The position numbers and the translations under genes are program-made. A stretch of DNA of 64,000 nucleotides from Vicugna vicugna (taxonomy: Eukaryota): positions 2,260,271 through 2,324,270 of the forward strand of contig MU063710.1 in NCBI GenBank assembly GCA_013265495.1, read 5' to 3'. Below, piece by piece: positions 29,171 through 42,981 of this stretch (positions are counted from its first letter, which is position 1; every line of letters begins with the position of its first letter). The notes under the pieces are model-generated. The model searched no databases, was not told where the DNA came from, and saw only the letters and a list, made by a program, of their open reading frames with translations.

Positions 29171-29677
29171 TAAAAATAATGTCTTAAAAAATGGTTATAC
29201 ATGAAGAGGAAAATGGACAGAGTAAAGGGTAATAGTTCAGGCTCTCCCCCAAATAAGGACTAAACAAATGCATATGAAGAGTTAACATTTTTGGGAAAAT
29301 GTGAGAATCAAATATGTGTCTAAGACTACTAGTCTTTAATGCATTCATTAATGCAAATGCTTGGGGAAAAAACAGGAGATTTTTTACTAAAATCCAGTTA
29401 AGAAAGCCAAAATCGACTTCTATAGGGTTTCATGTGCTATTTTCAGTCCAAAATGAATTTTTATGGACAAGTTATAAACCTCTGAAAATGCATTTTTTTT
29501 AAATGTAAGTGCTGATATGCCACTATAATTTTACCTGCAATTTCTTACACTGAGGGCCTACCACCTTTTATTGCAGGTTTATTAAGTTTTATAGCATGTG
29601 AGTGTGCTATGTGAAGCAGAGAATTACATTTTCATTTCCTTCTAAGAGAAATGAGAAAAAAAATGCTCTAGTACTTA

Positions 29678-29872
<195 letters not shown>

Positions 29873-30019
29873 TTATGGATGCTGAAAGGTCATAGGCTGA
29901 GTACTGATAATATTTCTACAGCTTCTCTTTTCATGAACATCACTCAGTCATTTCATCAGAGATGAACTGTAAAATATTTAGCAAATGTACTGCATGCCAG
30001 GGGTTGTGAATGAAAGAGT

Positions 30020-31068
30020 GTACCATAAGCAAAACAAAAAGACAACCCATGGAATGAGAGAAAATACTTGCAAGAGGTAAGACTGACATGTGCTTAATTT
30101 CCAGAATAAATAAACAGCTCAGACAACTTAATAAAAAAAAAAAAACCCAATATAGAAATGGGCAGAAGACGTAAACAAGCAATTTTCCAATGAAGACATA
30201 CAAATGGCCAATAGGCACAAGAAAAAATGCTCAGTATCGCTAAGTATCAGAGAAATGCGCATCATAACTGAAATGAGATATCACCTCACACCAGTCAGAA
30301 TGGCCATCATTCAAAAGTCCACAAATGATAAATGCTGGAGAAGGTGTGGAGAACAGGGAATCCTTCCTACACTGTTGGTGGGAATGCAGTTTGATGTGCA
30401 TTATGGAAAACAGTATGCAGTCCTCAAAAGACTAAAAACAGACTTACTGTATGATCCAGCAATCCCACTCCTAGGCAAATATCCAGAGGGAACTTTAATT
30501 TGAGAAGATACATGCACCCCAATGTTCACAGTAGCATTATGTACAACAGCCGAGACATGAAAATAACCTAAACGTNNNNNNNNNNNNNNNNNNNNNNNNN
30601 NNNNNNNNNNNNNNNNNNNNNNNNNNNNNNNNNNNNNNNNNNNNNNNNNNNNNNNNNNNNNNNNNNNNNNNNNNNNNNNNNNNNNNNNNNNNNNNNNNNN
30701 NNNNNNNNNNNNNNNNNNNNNNNAAGAAAAATACCATATAATATCACTTATATGTGGAATCTAAAAAAATAGACAAATTTTCTTATTTACAAAAGAGAAA
30801 TAGACTCACAGACCTGGAAAAGAAACTTATGATTACCAGGGGGAAAGGGGAAAGGAATAATCTAGGAATTTGAGATTTGCAGATACTAACTACTATATAG
30901 AAAATAGATAACAAGTTTCTACTGTATAGCACAGGGAACTACAGTCAATATCTTGCAGTAATCTACAATGAAAATGAATAATGTGTGTATACGTATAACT
31001 GAACTATCGTACACCAGAAACTGACACAACATTGTAAACTGACTACACTTCAACTTTTAAAAAAAGTG
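30020..31068 (+). mobile_element. 5'-truncated L1 (ORF2 C-terminus plus cetartiodactyl/camelid-type 3' UTR), antisense to ASXL3; contains a 148-N run
   Basis: ORF 30204..30503 reads [28 protein letters not shown] (L1 ORF2p C-terminal region); 3' UTR ctgtatagcacagggaact...cattgtaaactgactacacttcaac; near-TSD aaagagtgta / aaaaagtgta. Confidence 0.9.
30576..30723. other. N-run, 148 nt (in L1)
   Basis: Counted directly. Confidence 0.98.
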
Positions 31069-32645
31069 TATATTCACTGTCTTTAATGAAACCAGTCCAG
31101 TGAAAGATGGAGCACACAGTTGACTATAATAATACAATGTCACTATATCAGTCATAAGAATCAATGTAGTGAAAGTATAGAAGGGAAGGCACTTAATTCG
31201 GCCTAGATCGATTAGGGAAGATCACATAGAGAAGCAGATTCTTGAGTCAGCTTCCGAAAGATGACCAAGCTTTCATAAACTAATTAGCTCACAAGGCACA
31301 GAGATATAAATACCTATATTTACACTCTTCTGAGCGGCCAATTGTGAGGAGAATGCAGCATGAAATGAAATAGGAAAAGTGGGCTGCAGCAGATTACCCA
31401 GAGCACCTTTTAAAGAGAGCCCTGAATTCCTCCTGCAAGAGACAGACGCAGGTCCTGGCAGTGTTCAGTGAGGGAGGAAGACAGCCAAATAAGCAACTCA
31501 GAGACTGGCTCGGAGGCTACTGAACCGCGCAGACGAGAGGTGGGGATTACAGTCAGGCGGCATCTGGACAATGCTGAAGAGGATTTAGATTCAAGACACA
31601 ATTAGCAGTTCATAACCAGAGGGATCTGGGGAGGAGGAAGAGGAACAAAGGTATCATCAAGGTTCCAAAGTGAGGAGCCGTGAGGAAAGTGGTGACATAA
31701 ACAGAAGGCAGAAGAAAAGCAGACATTAAAAGGGAAGATAGTTTTAACACTGGCATTTTGGTTTTAAGGTGCCTGCTATTACGAAGCCCCGGCAGGCTTC
31801 TGGAATGAAACACTGAGGATCAGGAAAGAGGAGACAGAGCCAGATGTGGGCCATAGCTGAGACCACGGTGGTGAAGGAAGCTGCCCAGAGGACATGTCTG
31901 GCCACAAATGCACATATCAGGGACAAGAATGGTGGAGACATTGCCATTTCCCATTCGATGGAGGAAAAGGAGCTTCTGAAGGAAGATGAGAAACAGCCGG
32001 TCAGAATGAAGCCCCAGGACACAATTTAAAATATATGACAGATGTCTAAGGTAGACGGTTTCCAATGGAATAGGGTAGAAACCAAATGAGATATTGGAGA
32101 AGGAACATGAAACGTAAGGACTTAGAAGAGGAAACTGAATGTTGCCACTAGAAAGCCAGTCGTAGACTCTAGAAGGGGTGGTTTCCATTGTGTATGGGGG
32201 GCCACACCCAAGTGTCACCATGTGAGTGGCTAAATGAGTAAAAATGTGGTAGCACTGGGTATCTTCTAGTCTTTCAAGAAGCTTAGTGACTAAAGGAAGG
32301 ATGAGGTGAAGCTGTGGCTTCAGGGGAAGACAATATTAAAAGAATAGTCTTCAGGGTCTGAGACATTAAGAGAATATGTAACATATCAAGCACATAATGA
32401 AGCTGCCCTTCCCAAAGAAAATATTGCTACAGCAACAGTTTTTAGTATCTTCCAGATAAGGTCACGCTTTCTTCAAAACTGCTGGACATCAGAAATGCCA
32501 AGCACAACAGAAGAATTAATGAAGTCATTTGAAATAGGATGTGAGTTCTCACAAAAGTATACTTCAGGGGGGAAAAAGACTTGGGAATCAGAGAACGGTG
32601 CAAATCTCAGCACGGTGTGTGTACTCAAATATGTCAGATCATAAT

Positions 32646-32777
32646 NNNNNNNNNNNNNNNNNNNNNNNNNNNNNNNNNNNNNNNNNNNNNNNNNNNNNNN
32701 NNNNNNNNNNNNNNNNNNNNNNNNNNNNNNNNNNNNNNNNNNNNNNNNNNNNNNNNNNNNNNNNNNNNNNNNNNNNN
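32646..32777 (-). CDS. ASXL3: Inferred location of ASXL3 exon 9 (~97 bp), hidden inside an N-run
   Basis: Exon 9 peptide ([33 protein letters not shown], recalled) is not visible anywhere; this 132-N run lies ~2.9 kb upstream of exon 10 and is preceded on the minus strand by T-rich sequence (gtttttgatggaatcttgtttt). Inference only. Confidence 0.6.
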
Positions 32778-34843
32778 AAAACAAGATTCCATCAAAAACA
32801 ATTCAAAGTAAAAGCATGCAGAAAGAAGAGAAAGCTGAGGGTGGAGAGAGAGAGAGAGAAGGGAGGGAAGGAATCTAACAAGAGATAAATTTCCTAGTAG
32901 GGAAGCTGAACTGCTCACGGTGACCATTCTAATGACAACACATCAATTTGAAGGCAAGCTGTATTAGCATTTTCATTATCAGTGGTGAGTACAACAAATG
33001 TATGTGGTTTAATACAAAAGTTTTATACTGTTTTCATTTTAATATGCCTTAAATGGTACCAAATTAAAAAAAAATCAACATATGTGTACACCTTTAGATT
33101 AAGTTTTTTTAATTAAATTTTCTAAAATGTGTGACAGCTGAAGAAATCCATTCTGATCACTCGGATTCTTTCAGTGTCTGATGTTTAGATGACAGAACGT
33201 TCTGAAACATATTAACACAAATACACCCACACTGTCACACATACCCCTCCCTTGATTCTTCTCACCTCTTTGGATGCACACAAAAAAGAGGTACATAACA
33301 AAGTTTAAAATCTGTGCAACTTCATGCTACTAACCATTTCCCTCAAACATTTTTTTTAAATTCCTGTATAGGAGAGATTTGGATAAGCATCATCGAATTG
33401 GATGCTTTTTAACTTTCCAACTATTTGCTACATCTTCTCTGGACATCTATTCCACTTGCTGACACAGGGGATAAAGAGTGTTGTTCTTGACTGACTTCTT
33501 ATGCAGTTGAGGAGTGAAGACGGAACACAGGAACAGTTAAACAATGCCAAGCACTAGGTGAGTGGGAATTAAGCGCCCAAAATTTAAAGCTAGGGGGAGA
33601 TATCTAGGTGGACATGAGTGGTTAGGAAGAACTTGATGCTACAGGTGAAACGGGTGCAGGGTCTTGGAAGATTAAGGATGCGGACAGAATGGTTTTCTAT
33701 AAAGCACAGAGTTCAGAGTGTGAGATTTGTTGCAGGGGCAGGACTCAGGAACAATCAGTAACTGGACCCCTCAAGAAGATGTCAGTGTTTTAGCCTGCTC
33801 CTCAAAGGTGTGGCAAACTGTAGCTCTAATTATATTTTCAAAGATTTCCTGTTACTCTCGTATACAAACCCATATATCCTAAGTTCTACTAAGTCACTGC
33901 TATCTGGAAACACACTCAGAGATTTCTCATCCCCATGTTTTTGTCTGTGGTTTTCTCTACACTCCATTTTCATCCATTGAACTACTGTCCCTCTTTTAAA
34001 ATTTAACTCAAATCACTCTTTCATAAATGTGTTGGCTAAACCACCATTCAGGAACAAAGGAGAACATTGAATCTAAAAGTGAGTATTCTACTAGCTGCTC
34101 TAAACTGGATAATGGTCCATCAAACCCAGAAAAGAGAGACGCTGTGCACAGAGGTGACAGGCTGGATGCCACCACCACGTCTGCAAGAGAGCCACAGATG
34201 TGAGACCCCGAGCCACCTCACCTAAGAAGAGACTGATAGCCACACTGAAATAGGCAATACATCTGGAAAATTTCAGGCAAAACTTCACTGATTCACTGTT
34301 TACTCACAATTATTTCATCTTCATTCAACAGATACTCACTAAGCCACTCATGTGAACCTACATACCTGGCACCAGCTTCGGTGCTGGCAGTACAGTGGCA
34401 GTAAAGAAAAAGCCTCTGCCCTTCTATTCTGCATTTCTCCTACGTGGAGCAGATGCTTCTGGTCCTTGTTCATCTCTCCCCTGACCTGAGCTCAGCACAG
34501 CTATAACGTACAATTGCATCACCTTGCCAGTGTCCCACCTTGTGGTCTACCACAGCCCCAATGTGAGTGGATAAAAGGTCCTAGGCTCCCCATCTTCTGA
34601 TTGGAAAATTCCAGGATACTATTCTCTGGAATGCAGTCGATGCAATGAATCAAGAGATGCCATTTGGTGCTGTGTCCCAGAGAGTTAGAATCCATGGGTC
34701 TGGGAACCAAGGGGTGGAATGAATGAACCTCTGTATGATCACTCCCAGGGAACCACTGGCCGACTGTGCTTCCTGTCCCCTTCGCTCTAGAATATGTGGG
34801 ATCCAAAGTCCTTGTTCCTCGGGAAGAATCATTTTCACCAGGG

Positions 34844-35060
34844 CAGAGTTTCTCAAACTTGACACTGCTGTCATTTAGGTCTAGATACATCTTTACTGTG
34901 GAAGCGCGTCCTGTGCACTGAAGGACGTTTAGCAGCATCCCTGGTCTCTACCCACTGGGTACCAGCAGCAACCCCTCGCCCAGGTAAGACAACACAAAAT
35001 GTCTCCTGACATTACCAAGTATCCTTCTGAGGCAAGATCATCCCCAGGGGAGAACCACTG
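34844..35060 (-). mobile_element. MER20 (hAT-Charlie MITE)
   Basis: Termini cagagtttctcaa...gagaaccactg; internal gtttagcagcatccctggtctctacccact; 8 bp flanks caccaggg / cactagtg (6/8). Confidence 0.85.
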
Positions 35061-37439
35061 CACTAGTGGACGTGGCGAGGGCGGCATGGTAGCTGAAGCT
35101 CTGCCTGGTGATTTTGAGGCTCTCATGCTGGCAGATCGGGACACAAGGAGAGGTGTTCCCGGACAGGTGGGATACTCAGCCCCAAGCGTCGTGAGGAAAG
35201 AGGACTGCTGCTAGAGACTAAGGTGAATGGGAGATGCTGGAAGTCCTGGGGAGAATCCTCAGTAAGACAGCAAAGCAAAGACGTTTGGGCTTTATCCTCC
35301 ACGGGGGGTCTCCCAGTGAATGTACCTGAAGGTGAACCCAAGGCAGGAATGGAAACAGCAGGAGGCCCAGGTTAGTGGCCTCCAGGTCCAAGTGTCCCCC
35401 ACAACCTACCTCCATATTTACTGCCTTTTTCCAAGTATGCCTCAGAGCTGGGAAGCACTGCTCTGGGTGATGGGGCATGACTGGCACGTGGAAGCCTAGG
35501 AGTAGCCTAAAAAGATTCGTGCTTAAAAAGACGATTTATGGGCTATGAAAAGGATGGAATGGAGAGGAGAAGACACAAAGACATCACTAGAAGGATGATG
35601 GAATATCTCCATGAAAGAAGATAAAAGAAAGGCAAATCTGAGACATACTCCCGACTGAGTGAAGGGCTTCGGGGCTGCAGAGGCAAAGGCAGAGGGCGAG
35701 TATTTCGGGATGAACCTGGGAGACAGGACAGATGACAGAGGCAGCCAAGCTTGAGTACAAGCCTTCAAAGACTGCTGCCAGGGAGATCTAGCAAAGACGA
35801 GGAGGACAAGAAGATAGTCTATGAGAATGAAACGCCTCTAAGAAGTCTGAAATGTTCTGTGAATATTGACTCAGTATCTCTCCTCGTGTTTTGGGAGCCT
35901 TGAGAAAAAGGAGCGTCAACTAGGAAGGCTAAAAGGGAAGAGGTGTTCTCATTGCATAGATTTTAAATAGGACTAGTAGGTGGAAGGCAAATTTCCTGGA
36001 GAGAAAACGGAATCTGTTTGCTTTGAAGTGCATTTATAGAAGCACGGTGGGAAAGGTTAGATTTTCTACATTCAAGGACACGCATGGGGCCTTAGAACCT
36101 GCAGTCCATACACAAAGCCTGTGGAACTGCAGGCACTCAGCAAATGTTCATCGCACTGGCCTTGCTCTGTGTAAGCGAACGATTTAAAATTTAACTCCGG
36201 TAGCTTACATGCAGTATTTTAGTTTGATGTATTTCGCCAGGCCAGGGGCCTGACTAGTTATTAATTGAAATCTCAGTATAATTTTAAGACACAAAGAAAT
36301 ACCAAGTCCAGATTAGCTCTGACAAGAGCCTCCAGATTTCAGCACATGAAAATGCAAGACGGGGTGAAATAAACACATTCAAGAGAACGGAAGCTAGCCC
36401 TTGAGGAAAACGTTTTTCTTTTAAAACAGAAAAATCATATCAACTGCCAGATTTCCAGCCTGGATGAGACAACACAATTAAACACTAGGGCTAAATTAGA
36501 CTTAGGAAGTACGTGCCAATAAAACTTTTAAAATACACTATTAATTTTATGGCCTCTAAGAAATACTGTCCAAAAGACATGGCATTTTAATGAGCTGGAA
36601 CAATAAACATTTCTGAAAGGTTTATTTATTTATTTATCACTGAGCTGTAAACTCTTCTTTCTGATTACCCACAACAGAAACGTTCATTCTAAAAACTCCC
36701 CTAACTCTCTTATAATGAAGTATCTGAATAAGCTATTGGTAAGTTATGCTTCCTTTTTCATTGGAAGGAGAAAAACTGTGCTGTTAGAGGAAAATAAGTA
36801 TCAGTAAAGGCAAACTTATTCGTATAGAGATCCTTTTAACAAGGATTTAAATCTCCACTGGTGAGGGTATCATTTGTCTTTGCTGCTGATTATATTAGCA
36901 TACATATTATGGGATGGAGGTCAGTGGAATTCAGAGGATTAAAACGTTGCTACTTGCAAACCATCCAAAGTTTGAAGTTCAATGGATGTTAATTCTGTAT
37001 GAGAATATATCCACGTTTAATGATAATTATCTATCCCTCATTAGAGGGACATTGTGTATCACTTTTTCCCTTATTCTGGGTTTCTTCCATGTGATCTGGA
37101 AGGCATGGCAAGTGGGCTGCTTGGAGGAATAGTAAGAAATGTGCTGCAGAGTCACACGCAGACGTACTAGGCAATGTGGACTTCATTCTACAGACAACGA
37201 GGAGCCATTCGAAATGAAGCCAAAACAAGATGAAAAGGTTCACGCTGAGTGTGTGAGGGGAAGCAGACCACTGATTTGCACGGCGTGTCCAGGATGGGCC
37301 TCTCTCATGCTCACTGTTCGCGGACACCGGAGCAGACACCTGAGCAAAGCGAAGGAGCGAGCCCTCTGGGGAAGCGTGTGCTCCGGGGAGGGATGCAAAC
37401 GTAGGGGCCCTCAGGAGGGGCTTTCAAGGAAGCCAGAAG

Positions 37440-39030
37440 AGCTGGAGGGAGCTTAGAGAGTGGGAGGAACAGGGGCTGGGGGACAGGATCATACTGGGCC
37501 TCGGAGCCCACTGTAAAGACTAGTTTTTCCCTCTGAGTGAGCTGGAAAGCCTCTGGGGGATTTTGGCCTGACAAATGAAAAGACCTGACATTTCAAAAAG
37601 ATAGCTCTGACTGCTGTGTTTAAAAAAGACTTTAGAGTAGAGCTGTCCAACAGCAATACAAACATTGAGCCACACATGTGATTTTAATTTTTCTAGTAAC
37701 TGCATTGAAAAAGTAAAAAAGAAAACATACTGATTCTAATAACATATTTTATTTAATTCAGCTTATCCACAATGTTACTGCTTCAACATGTAATCAATGG
37801 GAAATCCTGCAAGATATTTTTTCAGTCTCTTTGTGTATTCATTCTTTGATATTCAGTGGATATTTTTTATAACACATCTCAATTCAGATCACCCACATTT
37901 CTAATGCTCAACAATGTCTGGTGGCCAGCAGCTACTCTACTGGACTGTATAGTTTTAGAAGATAAAGACTCACCAGGAACATGAGTACATAGCTACTGAG
38001 ACAATCCAGAAAAAAGCATGCTAGTAGCATGATCAGGTTGACAGCAGTAGAGGCAGTGGGAAATGGTTGGGTTCTGATGCTATTCTGAAGGCTGGAGCAA
38101 CAGGACTTGAAGATGGATTGGATGTGTGGTGTGAGACAAAGGGAGCAGGCATGGATGACACCAAAGAGTTTTGGCCTTGGTAATTAAAATAACAAATTGC
38201 TATTTATTAAAATGGAGGAGGCTATGGGAGGAGGAGGTTGCGTTTTGAACCAGTGAAGGTTGAGATACTGATTAAAATTCCAAATAGATGTCTCAGATGT
38301 ATCTTTCTGCATATAGTGTAAAGAATGCCCTAGACAAAGGCAAGACTAGAATCAGAGACTTCTGTCAAGAAGTATCAAGAGAAGGCCAAGGAACAAATGA
38401 AAAGTCTTAAGACTGTTCAGGCAGTGGGAGTAGAGACACCTGTCATTCAAGAGAAGTACGGGGACCAGAAATGCTGGGGCTGAGTGTGCATAGGTCTGGG
38501 TGGTGAGTGAGACAAAGGCATGAAGGGTGATTCTAGGAACGAGGCTTGGATACTGTGGTAGATGCTGGTAGTGGACATCAGGATAGGAAAAGGCACATGG
38601 AGGAGCAGTGTCTTGGACCAAGAAATGATGGGTTTTTCTTTGGACATGCTTACAGCATTCAAGTAAAGATGGATGGATAAGGCAACCAAGGGAAGATGAT
38701 CTGATCAACAGCTGAAACTTGGGGAAGAAGCTCAACAGTGAGAAAAGAATCAAATACAGAAAGTTAGTAATTAGTAGTGACCCCAAACATGGATATGGAT
38801 GAGAACACACAGGAAGAATTTACCCAAAGGGAAGATGGCTTAAAGCAGGGCCCTGAGGAACACCGAGACAGGAGGAACGGGAAAAAAGAAGTAAGTCCCA
38901 CTAGGAAAACTGAGAAAAGCAGTCAGAGGTAGGAAGAAAATCAAAGCAAATGGCATCATAGCTGAAAGGAAAGAAAGCGTTTCAAGAAGATGATGTGTAT
39001 TGTGCATGTGTGAACAAGTCAAGCCATGTG
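37440..39030 (-). mobile_element. L2 fragments interrupted by MER33
   Basis: Purine-rich reverse L2, e.g. aaagatagctctgactgctgtg, ggattggatgtgtggtgtgaga, cagggccctgaggaacacc. Confidence 0.65.
37638..37952 (+). mobile_element. MER33 (hAT-Charlie MITE)
   Basis: Begins tagagctgtccaacagcaat, ends gctactctactggactgtatag; internal catgtgattttaatttttctagt; flanks ctttagag / ttttagaa (6/8). Confidence 0.8.
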
Positions 39031-39532
39031 GAACTAGTCAGGTCAGCACTGTGTACAGTACACCACGCTAGCTGTTGTCCAAAAAACAATCAATAAGGTC
39101 TTTAGAGCAAAGACAGCCCAGTCAGTGAAAGACCGACCAGGAGTCTAATGAAACAGCAAAAGAGTAATGAGCAGACAGATTATAAGCTGTTACCAGGACC
39201 CTCTTATACCCAGAGCAAGCATCCAGCGCCCTTGCATTTTACATCCCAGCAAGAATTAACGTCAGGTCTAAAGTCAGTTCGCTCTAAAGGATAATTTTTC
39301 ATTTCTTACTTTACCATTAAGTATGATTCAGATGGCTCAGGAGACTCTCTGTAAGTATGGCTCAAGTTTTATCCATTAGAGAAAATGTAATTCTTTAAGC
39401 ATAAAGTTAGGCATTAAAAAATGAAAGAGGACTGCTGAGAGAGAATCAGTAAGGGAGATGATAGAATCAACAATACACTAAGGACAATTTGGCCAACAAT
39501 TTTTGAATGCTATTTCTAAAGCTGCATTAAGA

Positions 39533-39845
39533 CAATATTTCCCAAACTGCTTTGCAAAACAGGAATTTTAATGGGTAATTATAATTTTAACGGGTAATAT
39601 GTCAAGAGGAAGTTGATTCTATCATCCAATAACTCTGGTCTACATTTACTAAGTATGGTTAAATAGTTTTCTTTACTGTAAGTATTCTCTAATATGGTAG
39701 AATTTATTTTAAACCCTTGAGAATAAATCTATCATGCATTATTTCCCAAACTTTTAAACATTGTGATCCTCCTACAGAACAATTGTATCAATATCTCATG
39801 GAACAAATTATAAGTGTTCTCCAGAATATAGTTTGGGAAATGATG
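39533..39845. mobile_element. hAT-type MITE, family not assigned
   Basis: Inverted termini caatatttcccaaact / agtttgggaaatgatg with 8 bp TSD cattaaga / cattaaaa (7/8). Confidence 0.7.
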
Positions 39846-40744
39846 CATTAAAAGTTGTTAAAGTAGCATTGTCAGAAGCAGTTAAATAAAATAAACCTAG
39901 CACAACGAATTTGCACACACTGGATACTAAATCTTTGTTAAGCAAATGAATGAAAATTTCTAAGATCTGGACGTGGGATAATTTTCAGTACACTGCAAGA
40001 ATCAAATATTCAAAATAAATACATAAAATAGTGAAAACCAGTAAAGGATGATATTGTAAGCTAAAATAACCTCAATTTCAAGGTCCACTGCTGGAAACAA
40101 TTATTTGACATCTCTTTAAAAAATTATATCTAAATATAAGCACATATAACAACTTCTCTTTAAATAAACAAAAACTGTCATTATAAAGTTGTAATCAAAA
40201 CTATCTGGAATTATATGGAGGTTAAAGAAAAAAAATACAACACCGTTTTCATCTCCCTTCATCTAATTTTTTTTTAAAAAGGTACATGGAATTAAGCTAA
40301 TGTGAACAAAGGGGAAATCTCAGAAAATATTACCAAAAAACAATCAACATTTAGATGGAAAAGAAGAAGGTTTTTTTGTGCCATCACTGTTATGACAGGC
40401 CATTAAAGTTGATTTTATAATAAAAGCTTCTCTTTTGAGCTGAGCTGATTCCTTTTCGTCCTACTACGTGCTGCTCTGGGGATCACTGCTGAGCACTAGG
40501 ATGGAAACCACAAGGCATGAAGCTCAGCAGGGAAGAATCTGGAAGTTCCGCTATACTAGGGATAATGGCTGGTGTAATTCTTAACTAGAATAAAGTTCTT
40601 GAGGCAGAGGAGTGGGCAACATTTAATTATTAAATGCAATGTTTGAGTATGTAGATTGCAAAGGGCTTTGAAAACCAGAGATTGTAAGATGACAAAATAA
40701 CAGCTAGTCTTGTGGCAATTGATTATCACCTTCTCACTAAAAAA

Positions 40745-40850
40745 TATATACAAACACATATGTGCATGTATCTATATATCTATACACACATACACGTACA
40801 TCTATTTATATGTATATACACACACACATACATACACACATATATACACA
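40745..40850. repeat. Degenerate (TA)/(CA) alternating purine-pyrimidine tract
   Basis: Seen directly. Confidence 0.8.
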
Positions 40851-42779
40851 TGAAGTTTTCTTCTTCCTCTGGAAACACAATCTGTAAACAATCCAACCAC
40901 CTGGCTAACATAACAGTCTCCTTTGAAATGGGATCTCACGCACCTCCCAAGAGAATTGCTCCCCCCCTCCACCAGACACCTGCTCTAGCCTCCAATTCTG
41001 CAGAGGTGTTCAATCAGAGGTTAGGAAGGCCACCCCCTAGAGCAAGACTTGCTGGCAAGCAATTTCTCAGGCCCCAATTAATGGGGAAAAGCAATTCCCT
41101 AGAAATAAGAGGAAAGGATTTCCTCATAATTGCTGCTATGAATTTCAGCATATACAATCAGAAGATCCACACTTAAGGGATGTATATGCTATTAAAAAAC
41201 ATGAAAAGAGGACCTTGATATTGATTCTTAAAAGGCTTCAATTATTGAGTTTCAATTGCTTTACTTATATGAGAGTTCCCTTAATCTTCTATACAACATT
41301 AAAATCAAAATTCATTTTCTAATGACACTGTTTTACACTTTTACATTCCGCCACTTTTCCTAAGAATCACTCCTTTAAATTTCAAAGGGAGGAATCTCTG
41401 TTCAAAGTTCTATGTCTCCCATGCGGTTAGCAGCCTGCTCAGAGGAGATACAGCCTGCAGTGAAGCAGGTAAAAATAATGAAGTAAAGACACCTAGAGAC
41501 AAAAGCCAAGCCATGGACAGATCAAACTTTAATCAACTTCTCAAAATTAGATTAGTATGTTTTAATGCTCATGGTTCATACCTTTCATTAAACTTTGTGG
41601 ACAACCCCTGGGCCACACAGTAGGACAGTCTGATAGGCCTTGATAAGAAGTAATGTTTTGGTTTTTTTGTTTTGATCCAAACGAAGAAAAATAAAACTTG
41701 AACGTGTTTTAGCAAATATGAGAATATGCATATGTATTAAAAGACATTCTCTCTTACAAATTGTATTTTCATCACTATTCCCTCTGTGGGAAGAAAATAA
41801 AAAAGAAAACTTCCAATGTAACCACAGAATATCAGTGCTTTATTAGTGGAAATCAAGCTCATGTTCTTGCATAGTTAAAATAAGGTAATAATGTTACAAT
41901 GTAGTGGGAATCAGTGAATCACTGTTTCCACTTGTAATCCACTGAACAGCTGTGTTTAAGGGACTATTAGTTACTCATTTCTTTAACAAACATTTCATAA
42001 GCAGCTACTACTTGCCAGGAACTGTGAAATGCACAGACAGCTTCTGCTGCCGAAAGAGCTTAGTACCTAGGATGGGAGAGAAAGCAAAGTAATGTTGACT
42101 TTAATAGTATGATGAGTAACCAGAGAAGGAAAAGATGCTATAGGAACTCCCAGACCTGGGTACCTAGTATGCCTTCAATTCTCCCTTTTTGATATCCATG
42201 CCTGAAGGTTGCTCCTTTCCCTAGTTAAACAATGGCCCGATCCACTATTCAGTCACAGATGTAATTTATAACAACATAACCACCATAGTAACTATACTTC
42301 ATTTAGTACCTACAACCGTGAAGGTAGGTAAGTGGTGAAGCAGGACTGATACCCCTGCCCCTCAAATAATGCCTCTTCTGTTACACCACAGGGCTTCCTT
42401 TAATTAACATGCAGGCATTCACTCTTCTACCCAAAACTTTCACGTACTAGGCATTGGGAAAAACAACAATAAACAAAAAGATAGGTCCCTGTCCCCGAAA
42501 GTTGTAATGACAAATTGTGTAAAGTAACACGTACAACGAGAGAATGTCCTAGGTGCATGTGTGTGTGGGAAGGACTCTTTAATTTCCAGGCAGAGATGAA
42601 TGTGAAGGATGGGGAGGGGTAGGAAGCCCTGGGGTGAGCAGAGGTGAAGCCACCGAAGTGCTGAAAAGGGAGGGAAAGAAACTTGTTCTGAAGAAAAACA
42701 GAGAGAGAGTGTGGTAGCTGAAGGAACATGGGGCATCAAGGTTTGTTGTTGTTTGTGCATGTTTCCTTTTTTTTTTTTA

Positions 42780-42975
42780 AGTGGATATTCTTAGCTGAGA
42801 AGGATCCACCTCTACATGCTTCAGTTTCATCATTTGTAAACTAATAACAACAAACGATTTACTTCATAGAGTTTTTGTGAGGATTACATCAGTAAACATA
42901 CGTAAGATGCTCTGACTAGTGCTCATTTAGAGAAAGATCTCAAGGTTAGCTGTAATAGTAATCACTATTATTTGT
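42780..42975 (-). mobile_element. MIR SINE
   Basis: cttcagtttcatcatttgtaaa...catagagtttttgtgaggattaca. Confidence 0.65.
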
Positions 42976-42981
42976 AGTAGG

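Larger units (their letters stand above)
29955..32350 (-). mobile_element. Old L2 element interrupted by an L1 insertion (intron 9)
   Basis: Purine-rich reverse-L2 sequence on both sides of the L1 at 30020-31068. Confidence 0.6.

Noticed and set aside
30204-30503. 99 aa ORF as a host gene
   Set aside because: It is a decayed L1 ORF2p C-terminal fragment.
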